A stretch of DNA of 64,000 bases, from IMG/VR virus record IMGVR_UViG_3300023170_000023, positions 60 to 64,059 of that record; one strand, written 5' to 3'. The stretch comes from a virus. Its lineage: Duplodnaviria; Caudoviricetes. This document shows positions 50,487 through 60,370 of this stretch, piece by piece. The notes under the pieces are model-generated. The model searched no databases. It saw nothing but the letters and a program-made list of their open reading frames with translations, and was not told the origin of the DNA. Position 1 is the first letter of the stretch, and every line of letters starts with the position of its first letter. Made by a program: the position numbers and the translations under genes.

Positions 50487-51964
50487 ACTAAGAATCTCTT
50501 GCTTTTCACGTCTGCGGGGTTATTGCCCAAAGGTTTGTAACCAAATTTCTTCTGTTTAGATCTATTTGAAGTTCTACCAATCTTACCATCAAACGCTTTT
50601 GCGAAATCAGTAGACAGTAAACCTTCTGCGACAAGATTGTTCGTAAACTCTTTGTTATTGAAATTAGCGGTGTCCCGGATCTTAGAACGGATCTCATCAA
50701 TAGTAGGATCACGATCAAACAAGTCTTTGTAATCGTCCGTTTTCAGAATCTTAGAAACGAGAGAGTTTGGATCTTCGATGTCCGTATCCACAATTACCTT
50801 ACGAATAGCAAAGTTACTCACTGCCAAGTGTGGAGCAATAAGTTCTGTTGTCGGTTCTGGTGCATCCGGTGGAGTTTCGATAAAAGGGAAAATAGTTTCA
50901 TACTTCTCCGGTTCTTTCACACTAGGCGCGGAACCAGAACCATTACTATGAGTTTTTGCTTTACCAGCACCTTCAGCATATTTGGCAAAGGGAGTTTGTC
51001 CTGCTTTGTTTGCGAAATCAGCAGTGATTGCCTCTGCCGCTCGACCCACGAGAGTTCCGTAGAAAGTCGTACCGCCGTTTCCTGCGCCTTCTGGAGGTCC
51101 AGAATAGACTTTACCGTAGTGATCGACCAATGTGCCACCGATGGTTCCTTTCGTCCCCAGAACAGACACAGTGATTCCTGTGATGTTCGTGGTCTCTGAT
51201 GATGCTGCCCACTCACTCTCTGCCGTAGTCACAAGACGATTCCCAGAAGTGAGTTCTACATCACCCTCTACCCAATTGTTCTGATCCCCCTTGACAAACA
51301 CATAATTATCTGATAATAAGGTTTGTGTGTGAGTTCCAACAACTCGACTGCTCTGCGAACCCTTGATCGTTGAATTATGGTTGTTATCGAATGTACCTGT
51401 ATAACTACCATGCACTGCTTCTTCTTTATTACCAGCAACGTCAACGTTAATGTTTCCATCTACGGTGAGATTATAGTCTCCGGTGACTCGAACGTTGAGA
51501 TTGCCTTTGTAAACAAGGTTACCCTCACCCTCAACGATAACAGTGTGGTCTCCCCCAGTGACTTCGACCTTTTTATTAACCGCAGAAAATAGCACAGATC
51601 CATCAGCACGAAGTTCTAATCCTGCTCCCGTTCGATGTTTCATGATAATTCGTTCACCACCGGGAGTGTCATCTATTTCCCATGAATGTCCTGCGGGTGT
51701 TTGCTGAACCTGATTGAACGGATATTGAGACGGTTTCTGATCCGGAAGTTCTATCGAGACGTTTTTATCGCCACCACCACTAAACAATTGTGTAGTGGTT
51801 TCGCCTTTTGCTGCCTTATTAGTAGAAGTTCCAAAATAATAATCTTGTGTAGGGTATTGACCACTAGCGTCAGAGAATCCTGTTTGAGGTACTCCGAGTG
51901 TGTCTTCCTGACCTTCGCCCAGTTTCTGGATACGTGTTACTATATTATCTTCTTTGGTTGTCAT
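50483..51964 (-). CDS. gp5 C-terminal part (baseplate spike, beta-helix repeats)
   Basis: SQYPFNQV, GHSWEIDDTPGGERIIMKHRTGA, then VxGD/N octapeptide repeats. Confidence 0.85.
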   Translation of the reverse strand: MTTKEDNIVTRIQKLGEGQEDTLGVPQTGFSDASGQYPTQDYYFGTSTNKAAKGETTTQLFSGGGDKNVSIELPDQKPSQYPFNQVQQTPAGHSWEIDDTPGGERIIMKHRTGAGLELRADGSVLFSAVNKKVEVTGGDHTVIVEGEGNLVYKGNLNVRVTGDYNLTVDGNINVDVAGNKEEAVHGSYTGTFDNNHNSTIKGSQSSRVVGTHTQTLLSDNYVFVKGDQNNWVEGDVELTSGNRLVTTAESEWAASSETTNITGITVSVLGTKGTIGGTLVDHYGKVYSGPPEGAGNGGTTFYGTLVGRAAEAITADFANKAGQTPFAKYAEGAGKAKTHSNGSGSAPSVKEPEKYETIFPFIETPPDAPEPTTELIAPHLAVSNFAIRKVIVDTDIEDPNSLVSKILKTDDYKDLFDRDPTIDEIRSKIRDTANFNNKEFTNNLVAEGLLSTDFAKAFDGKIGRTSNRSKQKKFGYKPLGNNPADVKSKRFLV

Positions 51965-53820
51965 TCTGGTATCCTTGTTGTGACAAGTTCTGACGGTGAG
52001 AAAGGACCTCTAGCAGAGGGATCTTCGAACAATGATTTTTTGTTGAACAAATCATCGACATAATCTCTTACATCAAAACCCGGATCTTCTTCTAAAACGT
52101 CTATATCATTATGTCCAAGGATTTGTCCTCCCGGATATCGAGAATAGAAGGCAGCACAAAAAGCATTAAACGTATTCATTTGTGCAAGAGTCAAAGATGA
52201 CACCCCTCGATAAGAACCCGGAAACGCAGTACCTGAAGGAGCATTGATACCACCGACAAAAACTAGTCCGATGCTATACTCGTCATGTCCGTTTACATTA
52301 GCGTGTTCGCCTTGTTTGTTGACTGGTCTGCCCCTTTGTAATGAACCGTCTCTTCGAATAACATAATGATATCCTATACCACTAAGACCTAGATCAATAT
52401 GAATTTGATTAATCTCTTCTGATCCAATATTCTTATTCGTGTAAGTATCAGTCCAGTGTACAATAACTTCTGTTACTTGACGAGAGATAGAGTTAATATC
52501 CGCTTGCAATTCTTCTACTGAAGACACATACGAAAACTTCGCTCCCTTGTCTTCGAAATTTAAAGTAGAACTAAGATCAAACGGATCCGCAAAAGCAGAC
52601 TCTTCATTCTCTATTACCACACTTCCTGCAATGGTTGTGTTAAGGTCTTCTAATCCTGCCCTAACTTCATCTGGGGTTTTACCGGAAGATTTAGAGATAA
52701 TGTCAACCGCTTTATCTCTTTCCGCTTGATCTCCTTGTGCCAGAGTAATAACCTCGTCCCTATCTAAAGAAGTTAGATTGGGTGCAAGACTTCTCATGAT
52801 AGTGGTACCTTGCCCGGTTTGTTTTTCCGTAAATCCCTGAAGCAACCCTGACTTGGAATCGCTAACAATGGTACCTACCGTTTTATCATAAGCATCTCTG
52901 CCTTTTGATAATTGGTTTAAATTATCATCTAATCCTTTTTTAGCATCTGAAAAAACAGACTCTCCGATTTTTCCTGTTTGTTCCTGAAAGTCTGTTTTGA
53001 GTTTGTCTTGGTTAATGTCAATATTTTGCGTGAGACCATCTGCAACTTTGGTAACCGACCCTTCGACAGCAGAGGTTAAAGCAGCACCTTGACTTTGAAG
53101 TGCTGTAACTGCGTCGGCACCGCTTGCCACCCCTGCTAAATTTTTTCCAACATCACTAGCAGCGGCAGTAGCACCCGCAGGCAACGAACCCAAACCTGAC
53201 ACTGCATCATTGATCGCACCCTCAGCGGTTGCTGCAAGATCATTTGCCTTTGCGGTAAGTTCATTCAGTGCGTCTGCACCGGGAAACTTGCCTAGATTCC
53301 CCTTTGCTTTTTCAAGCAAACTCAACTGTCCTTTCGGCATCACATTACCAGCAATCTTTTGTACGTATCCGTCAAAAACTTGCAACCCGGTGACTTTGGC
53401 AAGCATAGCATTAATAGATTCATCTATTTGAGAACTAGGATCAATTGAAGACGATATCGGATAAACATTTCCATCAGAATCCGGGTCACTCCAAGCAATA
53501 GCAATCTTGACTGCACTTTTTGTTTTTGCTGGTAGAGAACCAAAGTCGTTTACTGCTCCTTCGAGGGCAGACAACTGATCAGTGACCACCCCTTCAACTG
53601 CACCCGCATTCAATTTACCGGACACATCTTTCGTTAGATTCGTAACACTCTGAATACCACCATTAATTTCGCCTGTAACCTGCCCCACCTTTGTCTCGGT
53701 TGCATTAGCAAAAGAGGTTTGAGCATTTGTCGCAGCATTTTTAACACTACCTTCATACGCATCATTTACAGAGGCAACCGTCTGGTTTAGATTAGTTTTT
53801 ATTGTTTCTTTAGTTGTCAT
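51961..53820 (-). CDS. Baseplate-associated protein with C-terminal N-acetylmuramoyl-L-alanine amidase (T7 lysozyme/AmpD-like)
   Basis: VIVHWT, IGYHYVIRRDG...GRP...GEH, SIGLVFVGG and ILGHND...DPGFDV; Ala-rich helical N-terminus. Confidence 0.82.
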   Translation of the reverse strand: MTTKETIKTNLNQTVASVNDAYEGSVKNAATNAQTSFANATETKVGQVTGEINGGIQSVTNLTKDVSGKLNAGAVEGVVTDQLSALEGAVNDFGSLPAKTKSAVKIAIAWSDPDSDGNVYPISSSIDPSSQIDESINAMLAKVTGLQVFDGYVQKIAGNVMPKGQLSLLEKAKGNLGKFPGADALNELTAKANDLAATAEGAINDAVSGLGSLPAGATAAASDVGKNLAGVASGADAVTALQSQGAALTSAVEGSVTKVADGLTQNIDINQDKLKTDFQEQTGKIGESVFSDAKKGLDDNLNQLSKGRDAYDKTVGTIVSDSKSGLLQGFTEKQTGQGTTIMRSLAPNLTSLDRDEVITLAQGDQAERDKAVDIISKSSGKTPDEVRAGLEDLNTTIAGSVVIENEESAFADPFDLSSTLNFEDKGAKFSYVSSVEELQADINSISRQVTEVIVHWTDTYTNKNIGSEEINQIHIDLGLSGIGYHYVIRRDGSLQRGRPVNKQGEHANVNGHDEYSIGLVFVGGINAPSGTAFPGSYRGVSSLTLAQMNTFNAFCAAFYSRYPGGQILGHNDIDVLEEDPGFDVRDYVDDLFNKKSLFEDPSARGPFSPSELVTTRIPE

Positions 53821-54686
53821 GCGAACACCTCTTCAAAGGCATTTTCTGATTTAGACAAGGGGTTTTGTATATCAGATTTAATATAAAATTTAGTCACGAT
53901 GTTAGATGCTTCTTCTATAGTTTTTGCTTGAAGAAGTTTTTTGTTTGCCAAGTTTTGTGTTGTCCTGAGTTCGTAAATAACAAATTGAAGTTGAGTTGAA
54001 TAATTTTTCCAATCTACTTTGGGTTGGAAAAGGGAACCGAATTGAATAAGACGATTGTACCTGTTGCCTTTTAAACGACTCCATGCAGCAATCCCTACAC
54101 CGTCACCTTGAAACCCATCGACAGGAAACGTTTCGAAGTTTGATGCTGCTTCTAAGTTACCCGTGATTGCAGCACTCTGTAAAGGAGTGTAACCATTATC
54201 TATAAAAAATTTAAGAGACTGACTTCTCCTTCTTGCTACTGAGGTACCTGTTCTAGAAGTATCATTGTCAATATTGATTGTAACAACATTTTGGATTTTT
54301 TCTTGGTCATAATTAAAAGACGTTAGACTATTTCCTACATTTCTTTGAACTTCGGTAGGAAGTTCGATACGAGGAAAACTTCCTAATATTAAAGGTAACT
54401 GAGAAGTTTTACCGTCTAAAAAAACACCGAACACAAAAGACCCAGCAGACAACTGCGCAATTCTACCATACCCAGAAATACCACCTTCTGTGTTAGGAAT
54501 TAACACCTGTGCCCAAGGAAGATCTGACTCTGAGATGTCACCAGTATACAGGTTATGTACACCGTAGATTCGAATTCGAACTCTACCCTCAAACCCAGCA
54601 GGAGGTTGTGCGTTGACCACCGTTGCAACAAACCAACGAGTGTCGTCTCCATAAAATTCTTTTGGTAATGAATAAGGATATATCAT
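53817..54686 (-). CDS. gp5 N-terminal OB-fold fused to a phage tail lysozyme-like domain
   Basis: WFVATV...GRVRIRIYGVH...LPWAQV...VFGVFLDG...PLILGS, then GYTPLQSAAITGNL...GIAAW...QLQFVIYEL. Confidence 0.85.
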   Translation of the reverse strand: MIYPYSLPKEFYGDDTRWFVATVVNAQPPAGFEGRVRIRIYGVHNLYTGDISESDLPWAQVLIPNTEGGISGYGRIAQLSAGSFVFGVFLDGKTSQLPLILGSFPRIELPTEVQRNVGNSLTSFNYDQEKIQNVVTINIDNDTSRTGTSVARRRSQSLKFFIDNGYTPLQSAAITGNLEAASNFETFPVDGFQGDGVGIAAWSRLKGNRYNRLIQFGSLFQPKVDWKNYSTQLQFVIYELRTTQNLANKKLLQAKTIEEASNIVTKFYIKSDIQNPLSKSENAFEEVFA

Positions 54687-56014
54687 GCCGCACCTAAACG
54701 ATTCGCAGGTCTATTTATTTTCGATATTTCACAGGTAACATTGTGAGTAGACTCTCTAAAAACATGTTTGGTTTTGGTAATCACGTAATCACCAGACCAT
54801 CTGGAATCATACAATTCGGTATTACCTGATTCCGGAGATAGTACATCCAAACTAAGAATATCTCCAACCGTTGCTTTTGATATTAAAAAGGCAACCCCCG
54901 GAACAACTATGGTTATTGAGTTCGATAACAAAACCTGTCTTAAAATATTTGATCTAACTTTCAATGCGAACGATGCATTTGATATGTCATCGTGATATGA
55001 ACGGTAATCTGGATATAAGTTAGAAGCAGATACCTGATGCCAATACACAGAGTTAAATTCATCAACGCCTTTGTCTTCTATAGTCTGGAAATCATCATAG
55101 ATATCTTGCTCTGAAGCAGGATCTATAATTTCGTTACTTTGCAGACTCTTAAAAATTTCTTTAAATGTAACTCTTGCTCGATATGAAATTCCTGTAGAAA
55201 CATCGGTGTTAGTGTAGAAACTTCCGTACACCCCTTCTTCGATTTGATTAAGAGTATCTACAGGATCCTTAAAATCGATTGCAGCAACTTGAGTAGAAGC
55301 ACGAGCAGGATCTAGACTTGCAGCAGACTGGGTTGCCGCCTGAGAATAGATGTAAGGCAGTTGAGAATTAAATGCTTTTTGTGATAAAATTCCATCAAGA
55401 TCTGCAAGTCTTACATTATCATCGTGTATAGAAGAATACAAAAATAAAGGCGAACCAAAATCAGTAGTTCCTCTATCGAGCAAAACTTCGCATGCTTCGA
55501 TTGGAGTTAAATAGGGAACAATATATTTTCGTTCTCCTTGCGCTGTTTTGCCTGTACTAAGATAAGACTGATCTACTTTTTTACCTAACTCACTCGTAAC
55601 AATTTGAGTAATCATTTTTTCGATAGGTCCGGTGTATGCTCTACTAAATGGTTTGAGAGCATTAACGTAAGCATGCTCTTCTATCAAATTAAAAAGAAAG
55701 GTGGTGGACGTATCATTCGACCTTACGCTTTTTTCCATGTTATACAGATAAAAAGTTTTATCTACAACAACGTCTGCATTTTCTTCTGCTCCTGCAAGAC
55801 GAAGTGTTATTTTTTCTGTGCCTTTAAATTGAGTCTTACTCAAAAAACCAGTCGTATCTGTTATTACTATTGTGCCTGTTAACCAAGCGGATTCGATATC
55901 TTCAAAAATAACAATTTCAAAAACATTAGATACAACTTCGATTTCTTTCTCTTGAAATCGATCAGCAGTAATAAATGCTTCGACTAATTTAAATTGCTGG
56001 TCTCTGCCTGCCAT
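54683..56014 (-). CDS. Baseplate hub protein (gp27-like)
   Basis: IFEDIESAWLTGTIVITD...GTEKI and C-terminal VPG...VGD...WSGDYVITKTKHVF; lies between gp53 and gp5. Confidence 0.65.
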   Translation of the reverse strand: MAGRDQQFKLVEAFITADRFQEKEIEVVSNVFEIVIFEDIESAWLTGTIVITDTTGFLSKTQFKGTEKITLRLAGAEENADVVVDKTFYLYNMEKSVRSNDTSTTFLFNLIEEHAYVNALKPFSRAYTGPIEKMITQIVTSELGKKVDQSYLSTGKTAQGERKYIVPYLTPIEACEVLLDRGTTDFGSPLFLYSSIHDDNVRLADLDGILSQKAFNSQLPYIYSQAATQSAASLDPARASTQVAAIDFKDPVDTLNQIEEGVYGSFYTNTDVSTGISYRARVTFKEIFKSLQSNEIIDPASEQDIYDDFQTIEDKGVDEFNSVYWHQVSASNLYPDYRSYHDDISNASFALKVRSNILRQVLLSNSITIVVPGVAFLISKATVGDILSLDVLSPESGNTELYDSRWSGDYVITKTKHVFRESTHNVTCEISKINRPANRLGAA

Positions 56015-56016
56015 GA

Positions 56017-57342
56017 TTAACCTTTAACTAGTCGTTCAAACTCAGAGACTACTCTAGCGATGATGTTAGGTTTAATGATTCTAATTCGACGTGCTTCGTC
56101 ATTGGTTGCTTGAAGATATTCTCTATTAGTAATAATAGTCGCTCCGGGAGGCGGATCAATTTCTATTGGTACTACACCATACTCTAAAGGGTTTAATTTA
56201 AAAACATTATCTGCAATTACTGCGTCTAACCACTCACCACTCGAATTTTCATAGTGATGGTGTGCATCCGGTTCAATCACCGCATCAACACCACCACTTT
56301 GTAAGTTATCAAGGAGATAAGTGTCATTTAAAGTGTCTGCAATATCATATGTATTGTTCGTAAAATAAGGAATTGGCATATATGCATGAAGTTCTGGTCC
56401 ACTTCTATTTGTCGAATGCATAGTTGCATAACCTAACTGATAGTCTCTTTCAGAATCCAAGGGTCCCCAAATCTCTATTGCAGCACCTGTCGTTAAAGGT
56501 GCAATCATCGGTTTATCTAAAGTCACCACATTGTTAGAATATGCTGTTACATATGTTTCGTCTTGAATAACATCATCAAGTCTTATGATATCGCCAACAC
56601 GAATGTCAACACTGTGCGCATTGAGATCAACTTTGTATGCATCACCGTTCCATACTGTCAAAGTCACTGGAAAAGAAACTCCATCGACTGCTTCATAATC
56701 ATCTGTGGTATTGTTTGATAAAGTCAGCGTAGCAGGACCTGTTCTACTCGCAGGGTTGGCACCCGTGAATTCAATATTTGTTATCGTGGTACCGTCTGGT
56801 ATATTTAAACCGGATATATTAAATCCTGTTACAATACCAGCACCTTCTGAGACATAGATTAAATTGTCATCGATAGGATCATCAACTGTGATTGTTGTGG
56901 TTATAACTAAATCTTGTCGAGCACTAGTTACATTATTTGATTGATCTACAGTTGCTACAGGAAATCTATAGGGCAACCTTTTTCCATCCTGTGTCAATCT
57001 ATTCCATAAACTAACAGTTTCTGGTCTGAAAGTGATACCGCTAAACAATTTAGCAACGTATACGTCTAGTTCTTTTTGATGTAACGGCCAACCTGTTTCT
57101 TTCAAACTTTGATTCATTAAGTAAAATGTCCAGTAGTAGTCAGTAGTGCCATATAACTTATAGGATAGAGTATCCGGGCGATCCCCATCAAGAATATAAT
57201 AATACTCGTAAAACCCAACAAGATCATCGATCTGATCTAACAAATCAACGTATATGGTTAAGTCTTCGACTAAAACCCGTGTTGATTCGTCTTCATCACC
57301 ATATCTGTATTCTACTAATCCAAAATTTTTAAAATAAGACAT
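56017..57342 (-). CDS. gp53: Baseplate wedge gp53 with an internal insertion
   Basis: MSYFKNF, DGDRPDTLSYKLYGTTDYYWTFYLMN...WP, HHHYEN, TNREYLQATNDEARRIRIIKP. Confidence 0.87.
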   Translation of the reverse strand: MSYFKNFGLVEYRYGDEDESTRVLVEDLTIYVDLLDQIDDLVGFYEYYYILDGDRPDTLSYKLYGTTDYYWTFYLMNQSLKETGWPLHQKELDVYVAKLFSGITFRPETVSLWNRLTQDGKRLPYRFPVATVDQSNNVTSARQDLVITTTITVDDPIDDNLIYVSEGAGIVTGFNISGLNIPDGTTITNIEFTGANPASRTGPATLTLSNNTTDDYEAVDGVSFPVTLTVWNGDAYKVDLNAHSVDIRVGDIIRLDDVIQDETYVTAYSNNVVTLDKPMIAPLTTGAAIEIWGPLDSERDYQLGYATMHSTNRSGPELHAYMPIPYFTNNTYDIADTLNDTYLLDNLQSGGVDAVIEPDAHHHYENSSGEWLDAVIADNVFKLNPLEYGVVPIEIDPPPGATIITNREYLQATNDEARRIRIIKPNIIARVVSEFERLVKG

Positions 57343-58511
57343 TAGTAACCCTCTTCCACAAGTTTGCGTGTCAGTGCTTTACTTTCGATAAAGGTAAGTT
57401 GTATACTAACATCGGAAGGATATCCATCGGCATGGAATCCCATACTTTGTTCATTGTATGCTACATCTACTTCGGTAAGGTAAGCATCTAAAAATTTAGA
57501 ACCTATTCTTCTCCCAGACGATCCCTCTCCATATGTAGTAGTGATTTCAAAGGGATCTGGAAACTTATAACCAAGAGAAACCGTTGCACCACCAATTTGT
57601 CCGACAATTTCATCGGGATATAATTGATACCTAAAAAACTTAACTATTTTTTCTATCTCCACTGCTTCTTTAGCAGACTTTGCAACAAGGCGAAACGAAA
57701 AGGGAATGCTTCGAATTCCAACATCGTCGAATAATACACGAAGATTAGGATTCGTTGTTACCCTAGTTGCCGCTCTTACACCGTTAGCAACTCCTTCGGG
57801 AGCAAAAGATTGAGAAACTTTGGTAAGTGCTAGAGATGATGCTTCTCTATCTAAAGATCCTTGTTGAAAAAGACTTGTGAACGAATCGATACCTTGCGTT
57901 ATTCCAGCACCAACCGCATCTAGTGCTGAAGCACCTCCTTTCAGACCCGCTTCGACACCAGCACCAATAGCGCCTAGAGCAGCACCTCCGTTGTAATTAA
58001 CTTTATCGTTTATTCTGTATGATTGAGGTAAGTACAGAGTTACACTCCCGGCATATTTTTTCTGTGCATTGGGATTATCGTAACTATCTTTTCCTGAACC
58101 CTTTAATTTCTCTAAATTTTTGTTGGTGAGTTCAGTTCTTTTTTTCTTGTCCTGTTCTGTTTGATCGCCAGTTTTTTTATCGATCTTATCATCCAACTTA
58201 GAAATTTTATCTGTAGAAAGCAATTCGTTTACAAAATCTAAATTGCCTAATTGCGCAGCTTCGAGTGGAGCGAGTTCTACAACACGAAATCTTACTTGTG
58301 CTTTGTAAGCATCCCGATCCTCAAGAGGATATCTTAAACGATCTTGCCTGTTACGGTTGAAAGGAGCAGCACTTGCTGCTTTAGATGCTTCAGATTCCAG
58401 TTGAACATTTTCTAGTGCTTCTTTACCATTTGCACGTGCCTCGCGTAACTGTTGTTTCGCTTCTTCTTTGGCTTTTGCGACCCGCTGCTTAATTTGACCT
58501 CTAGTGGGCAT
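57342..58511 (-). CDS. gp48: Baseplate tail-tube cap gp48
   Basis: LRYP, VTLYLP, NPNLRVLF...RSIPFSFRL..KSAKEA...IVKFFR, FPDPFEI, LTEVDVAY, LTFIE. Confidence 0.85.
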   Translation of the reverse strand: MPTRGQIKQRVAKAKEEAKQQLREARANGKEALENVQLESEASKAASAAPFNRNRQDRLRYPLEDRDAYKAQVRFRVVELAPLEAAQLGNLDFVNELLSTDKISKLDDKIDKKTGDQTEQDKKKRTELTNKNLEKLKGSGKDSYDNPNAQKKYAGSVTLYLPQSYRINDKVNYNGGAALGAIGAGVEAGLKGGASALDAVGAGITQGIDSFTSLFQQGSLDREASSLALTKVSQSFAPEGVANGVRAATRVTTNPNLRVLFDDVGIRSIPFSFRLVAKSAKEAVEIEKIVKFFRYQLYPDEIVGQIGGATVSLGYKFPDPFEITTTYGEGSSGRRIGSKFLDAYLTEVDVAYNEQSMGFHADGYPSDVSIQLTFIESKALTRKLVEEGY

Positions 58512-58523
58512 AGTTCATCTCAT

Positions 58524-58551
58524 CTAAATAGATAGTATTTCATTATTTATA
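58524..58551. promoter_or_regulatory. Overlapping divergent late promoters: TATAAATA (minus, 58544-58551) and CTAAATA (plus, 58524-58530)
   Basis: Motifs lie in the 47-bp gap between the divergent gp48 and gp4 genes. Confidence 0.7.
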
Positions 58552-58558
58552 ACGCATC

Positions 58559-59059
58559 ATGGCATACTCAGGTTACTTCCGTCCTAAAAACACTAATAAG
58601 TATAAAGGAGACTATAGAAATATTGTCTATAGGAGTTTATGGGAAAAGAACTGCATGATGTTTTTCGATAAGTCTCCTGATGTTGTACAATGGTCCAGTG
58701 AAGAAATAACAATCCCTTATTACGACGAAGGGGACAAAAGAGTGCACAGATATTTTCCGGATTTTTGGGTGAAATGGAAAAACGGAAAACAATCCCTCAT
58801 TGAAGTCAAACCTCAAAAAGAAACAACTGCTCCTACTGGAAACAAACGGACAAAACGCTATATCACAGAAGCATTTACTTATATTAAAAATACTTGCAAG
58901 TGGAAAGCGGCAGAAGAGTATTGCAAAGACCACAAAATGCAATTTGATATTTGGACAGAGGTCAAATTAGGAAAAATGGGCATTTTGCCGAAAAAGATGC
59001 CCGGTAAATTAAAACCTCTCAAAAAAATGAAACCATATTCCCGAAAAAAGACTAAATAA
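58559..59059 (+). CDS. gp4: Head completion protein gp4
   Basis: KYKGD...IVYRSLWE, WSSEEITIPY, HRYFPDF, LIEVKP, KWKAA. Confidence 0.9.
   Translation: MAYSGYFRPKNTNKYKGDYRNIVYRSLWEKNCMMFFDKSPDVVQWSSEEITIPYYDEGDKRVHRYFPDFWVKWKNGKQSLIEVKPQKETTAPTGNKRTKRYITEAFTYIKNTCKWKAAEEYCKDHKMQFDIWTEVKLGKMGILPKKMPGKLKPLKKMKPYSRKKTK
59052..59058 (+). promoter_or_regulatory. Probable late promoter variant CTAAATA for gp2
   Basis: Motif lies immediately upstream of ATG 59065. Confidence 0.45.
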
Positions 59060-59064
59060 AGATT

Positions 59065-59649
59065 ATGAGTAACTTGTTCGCAACAGTAGAAAGAGAAGCA
59101 TTCCGTGCGGGGATCACTCCTCGTACAGCACAGTCTCGTAAATGGTTCAGAAAAAAAGTTCAGAACATGAGAGGTATCAGTAGACGATCTTTAATGCGAG
59201 AAGAAGAAATTATCATGAGAAATCGTGGTGGTGTCGGTGGAATGTATATGTTCTTTTATGATCCCAAAACTAAAGACAAACTTCCATACTACGATAATTT
59301 TCCTCTCATCATTTTTGTAAAAGGTACTAAAGGTGGGTTCTACGGATTGAATTTGCACTACTTACCTATGACACTAAGAGCAAAGTTTTTAGACGGACTG
59401 ATGGACCAAACCAGCAACAAAAAGTTTGATGATTCAACAAGGTTTGATTTGTCGTATAGTTACTTGAAATCAGCAGCGAAGATGAAATATTTCAAACCTT
59501 GTTTTAAAAAATATTTGACTTCGCATGTTGAAGGAAGACTAGCAATGGTTCCTGCACCAGAGTGGGAGATTGCAACATTCTTACCAACTGCTCAATGGTC
59601 CAAAGCATCACAAGGAAAAGTATATGCAGATTCTAGGAGCATGATATGA
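59065..59649 (+). CDS. gp2: DNA end protector gp2
   Basis: GMYMFFYDPKTKDKLPYYDNFPL, GFYGLNLHYLP, KPCFKKYL, WEIATFLPTAQW. Confidence 0.92.
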   Translation: MSNLFATVEREAFRAGITPRTAQSRKWFRKKVQNMRGISRRSLMREEEIIMRNRGGVGGMYMFFYDPKTKDKLPYYDNFPLIIFVKGTKGGFYGLNLHYLPMTLRAKFLDGLMDQTSNKKFDDSTRFDLSYSYLKSAAKMKYFKPCFKKYLTSHVEGRLAMVPAPEWEIATFLPTAQWSKASQGKVYADSRSMI

Positions 59650-60368
59650 CACAGCGTATCGACGATTTATTCTCGGAGATTAGTCTTGCTGGTGGTGCTG
59701 CCATGAACAACTTGTGGCAAGTTAAACTACCAAGTTTAGGTGCTTACGAGTCTAGAAGTTTAAACCTTTTGTGTGTAGCAACAAGTGTGCCCGGAAGAGC
59801 AATGAACGGAACTGAAGTTCAATACGGACTGCCAAGGGTTAACGTAGTCAACGGGTTTGGTGTCGCTCCTATACAAATGTCTTTCTTAGTTTTGAATGAC
59901 GGTATGATTTTAGAGTATTTTCACAACTGGCAGGCACAGATTGTTGATCCAAACACTTATGCTCTAGGATACTACAAAGATTATACCCGTCGAATAGACA
60001 TCGATGTACTCAAAAAGGGTCTCACGCAATCCGTTATTAAAAAGCAATTCAAGTTACCAATCCCTACAGCAATCAAAAACAGATTACCAAACATCGGACC
60101 TATCAACTTCAGACAAGGTGAGTTCGATTTACAAATTGGTCTGGATGATCAAATCATATATTCTTGGGTGTTAGAAGATGCATATCCATCTATTGTAAAC
60201 GCGATAGCACTAGACAACGCGCCAAGATCAGAGTTTATGCAGATCGATGTAGAGTTCACATACAAGGACTGGAGAACATCGGTTGGACAAGAAGCGTCGA
60301 AAGGAGACATTTTCGGCAAAGCAATAAATACGGTTTTTGACAAATTGACTGATAAATTAGGATTTTAA
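59646..60368 (+). CDS. Tail-tube family protein (gp54-like tube initiator)
   Basis: LNLLCVATSVPGR, YFHNWQ, LEDAYPS, VEFTYKDW (gp19/gp54-family pattern). Confidence 0.75.
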   Translation: MTQRIDDLFSEISLAGGAAMNNLWQVKLPSLGAYESRSLNLLCVATSVPGRAMNGTEVQYGLPRVNVVNGFGVAPIQMSFLVLNDGMILEYFHNWQAQIVDPNTYALGYYKDYTRRIDIDVLKKGLTQSVIKKQFKLPIPTAIKNRLPNIGPINFRQGEFDLQIGLDDQIIYSWVLEDAYPSIVNAIALDNAPRSEFMQIDVEFTYKDWRTSVGQEASKGDIFGKAINTVFDKLTDKLGF

Positions 60369-60370
60369 TA

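Noticed and set aside
58559-59059. TnsA-like nuclease motif suggesting a transposon or homing endonuclease
   Set aside because: Sequence and position beside gp2 fit T4 head completion protein gp4, which has this fold.
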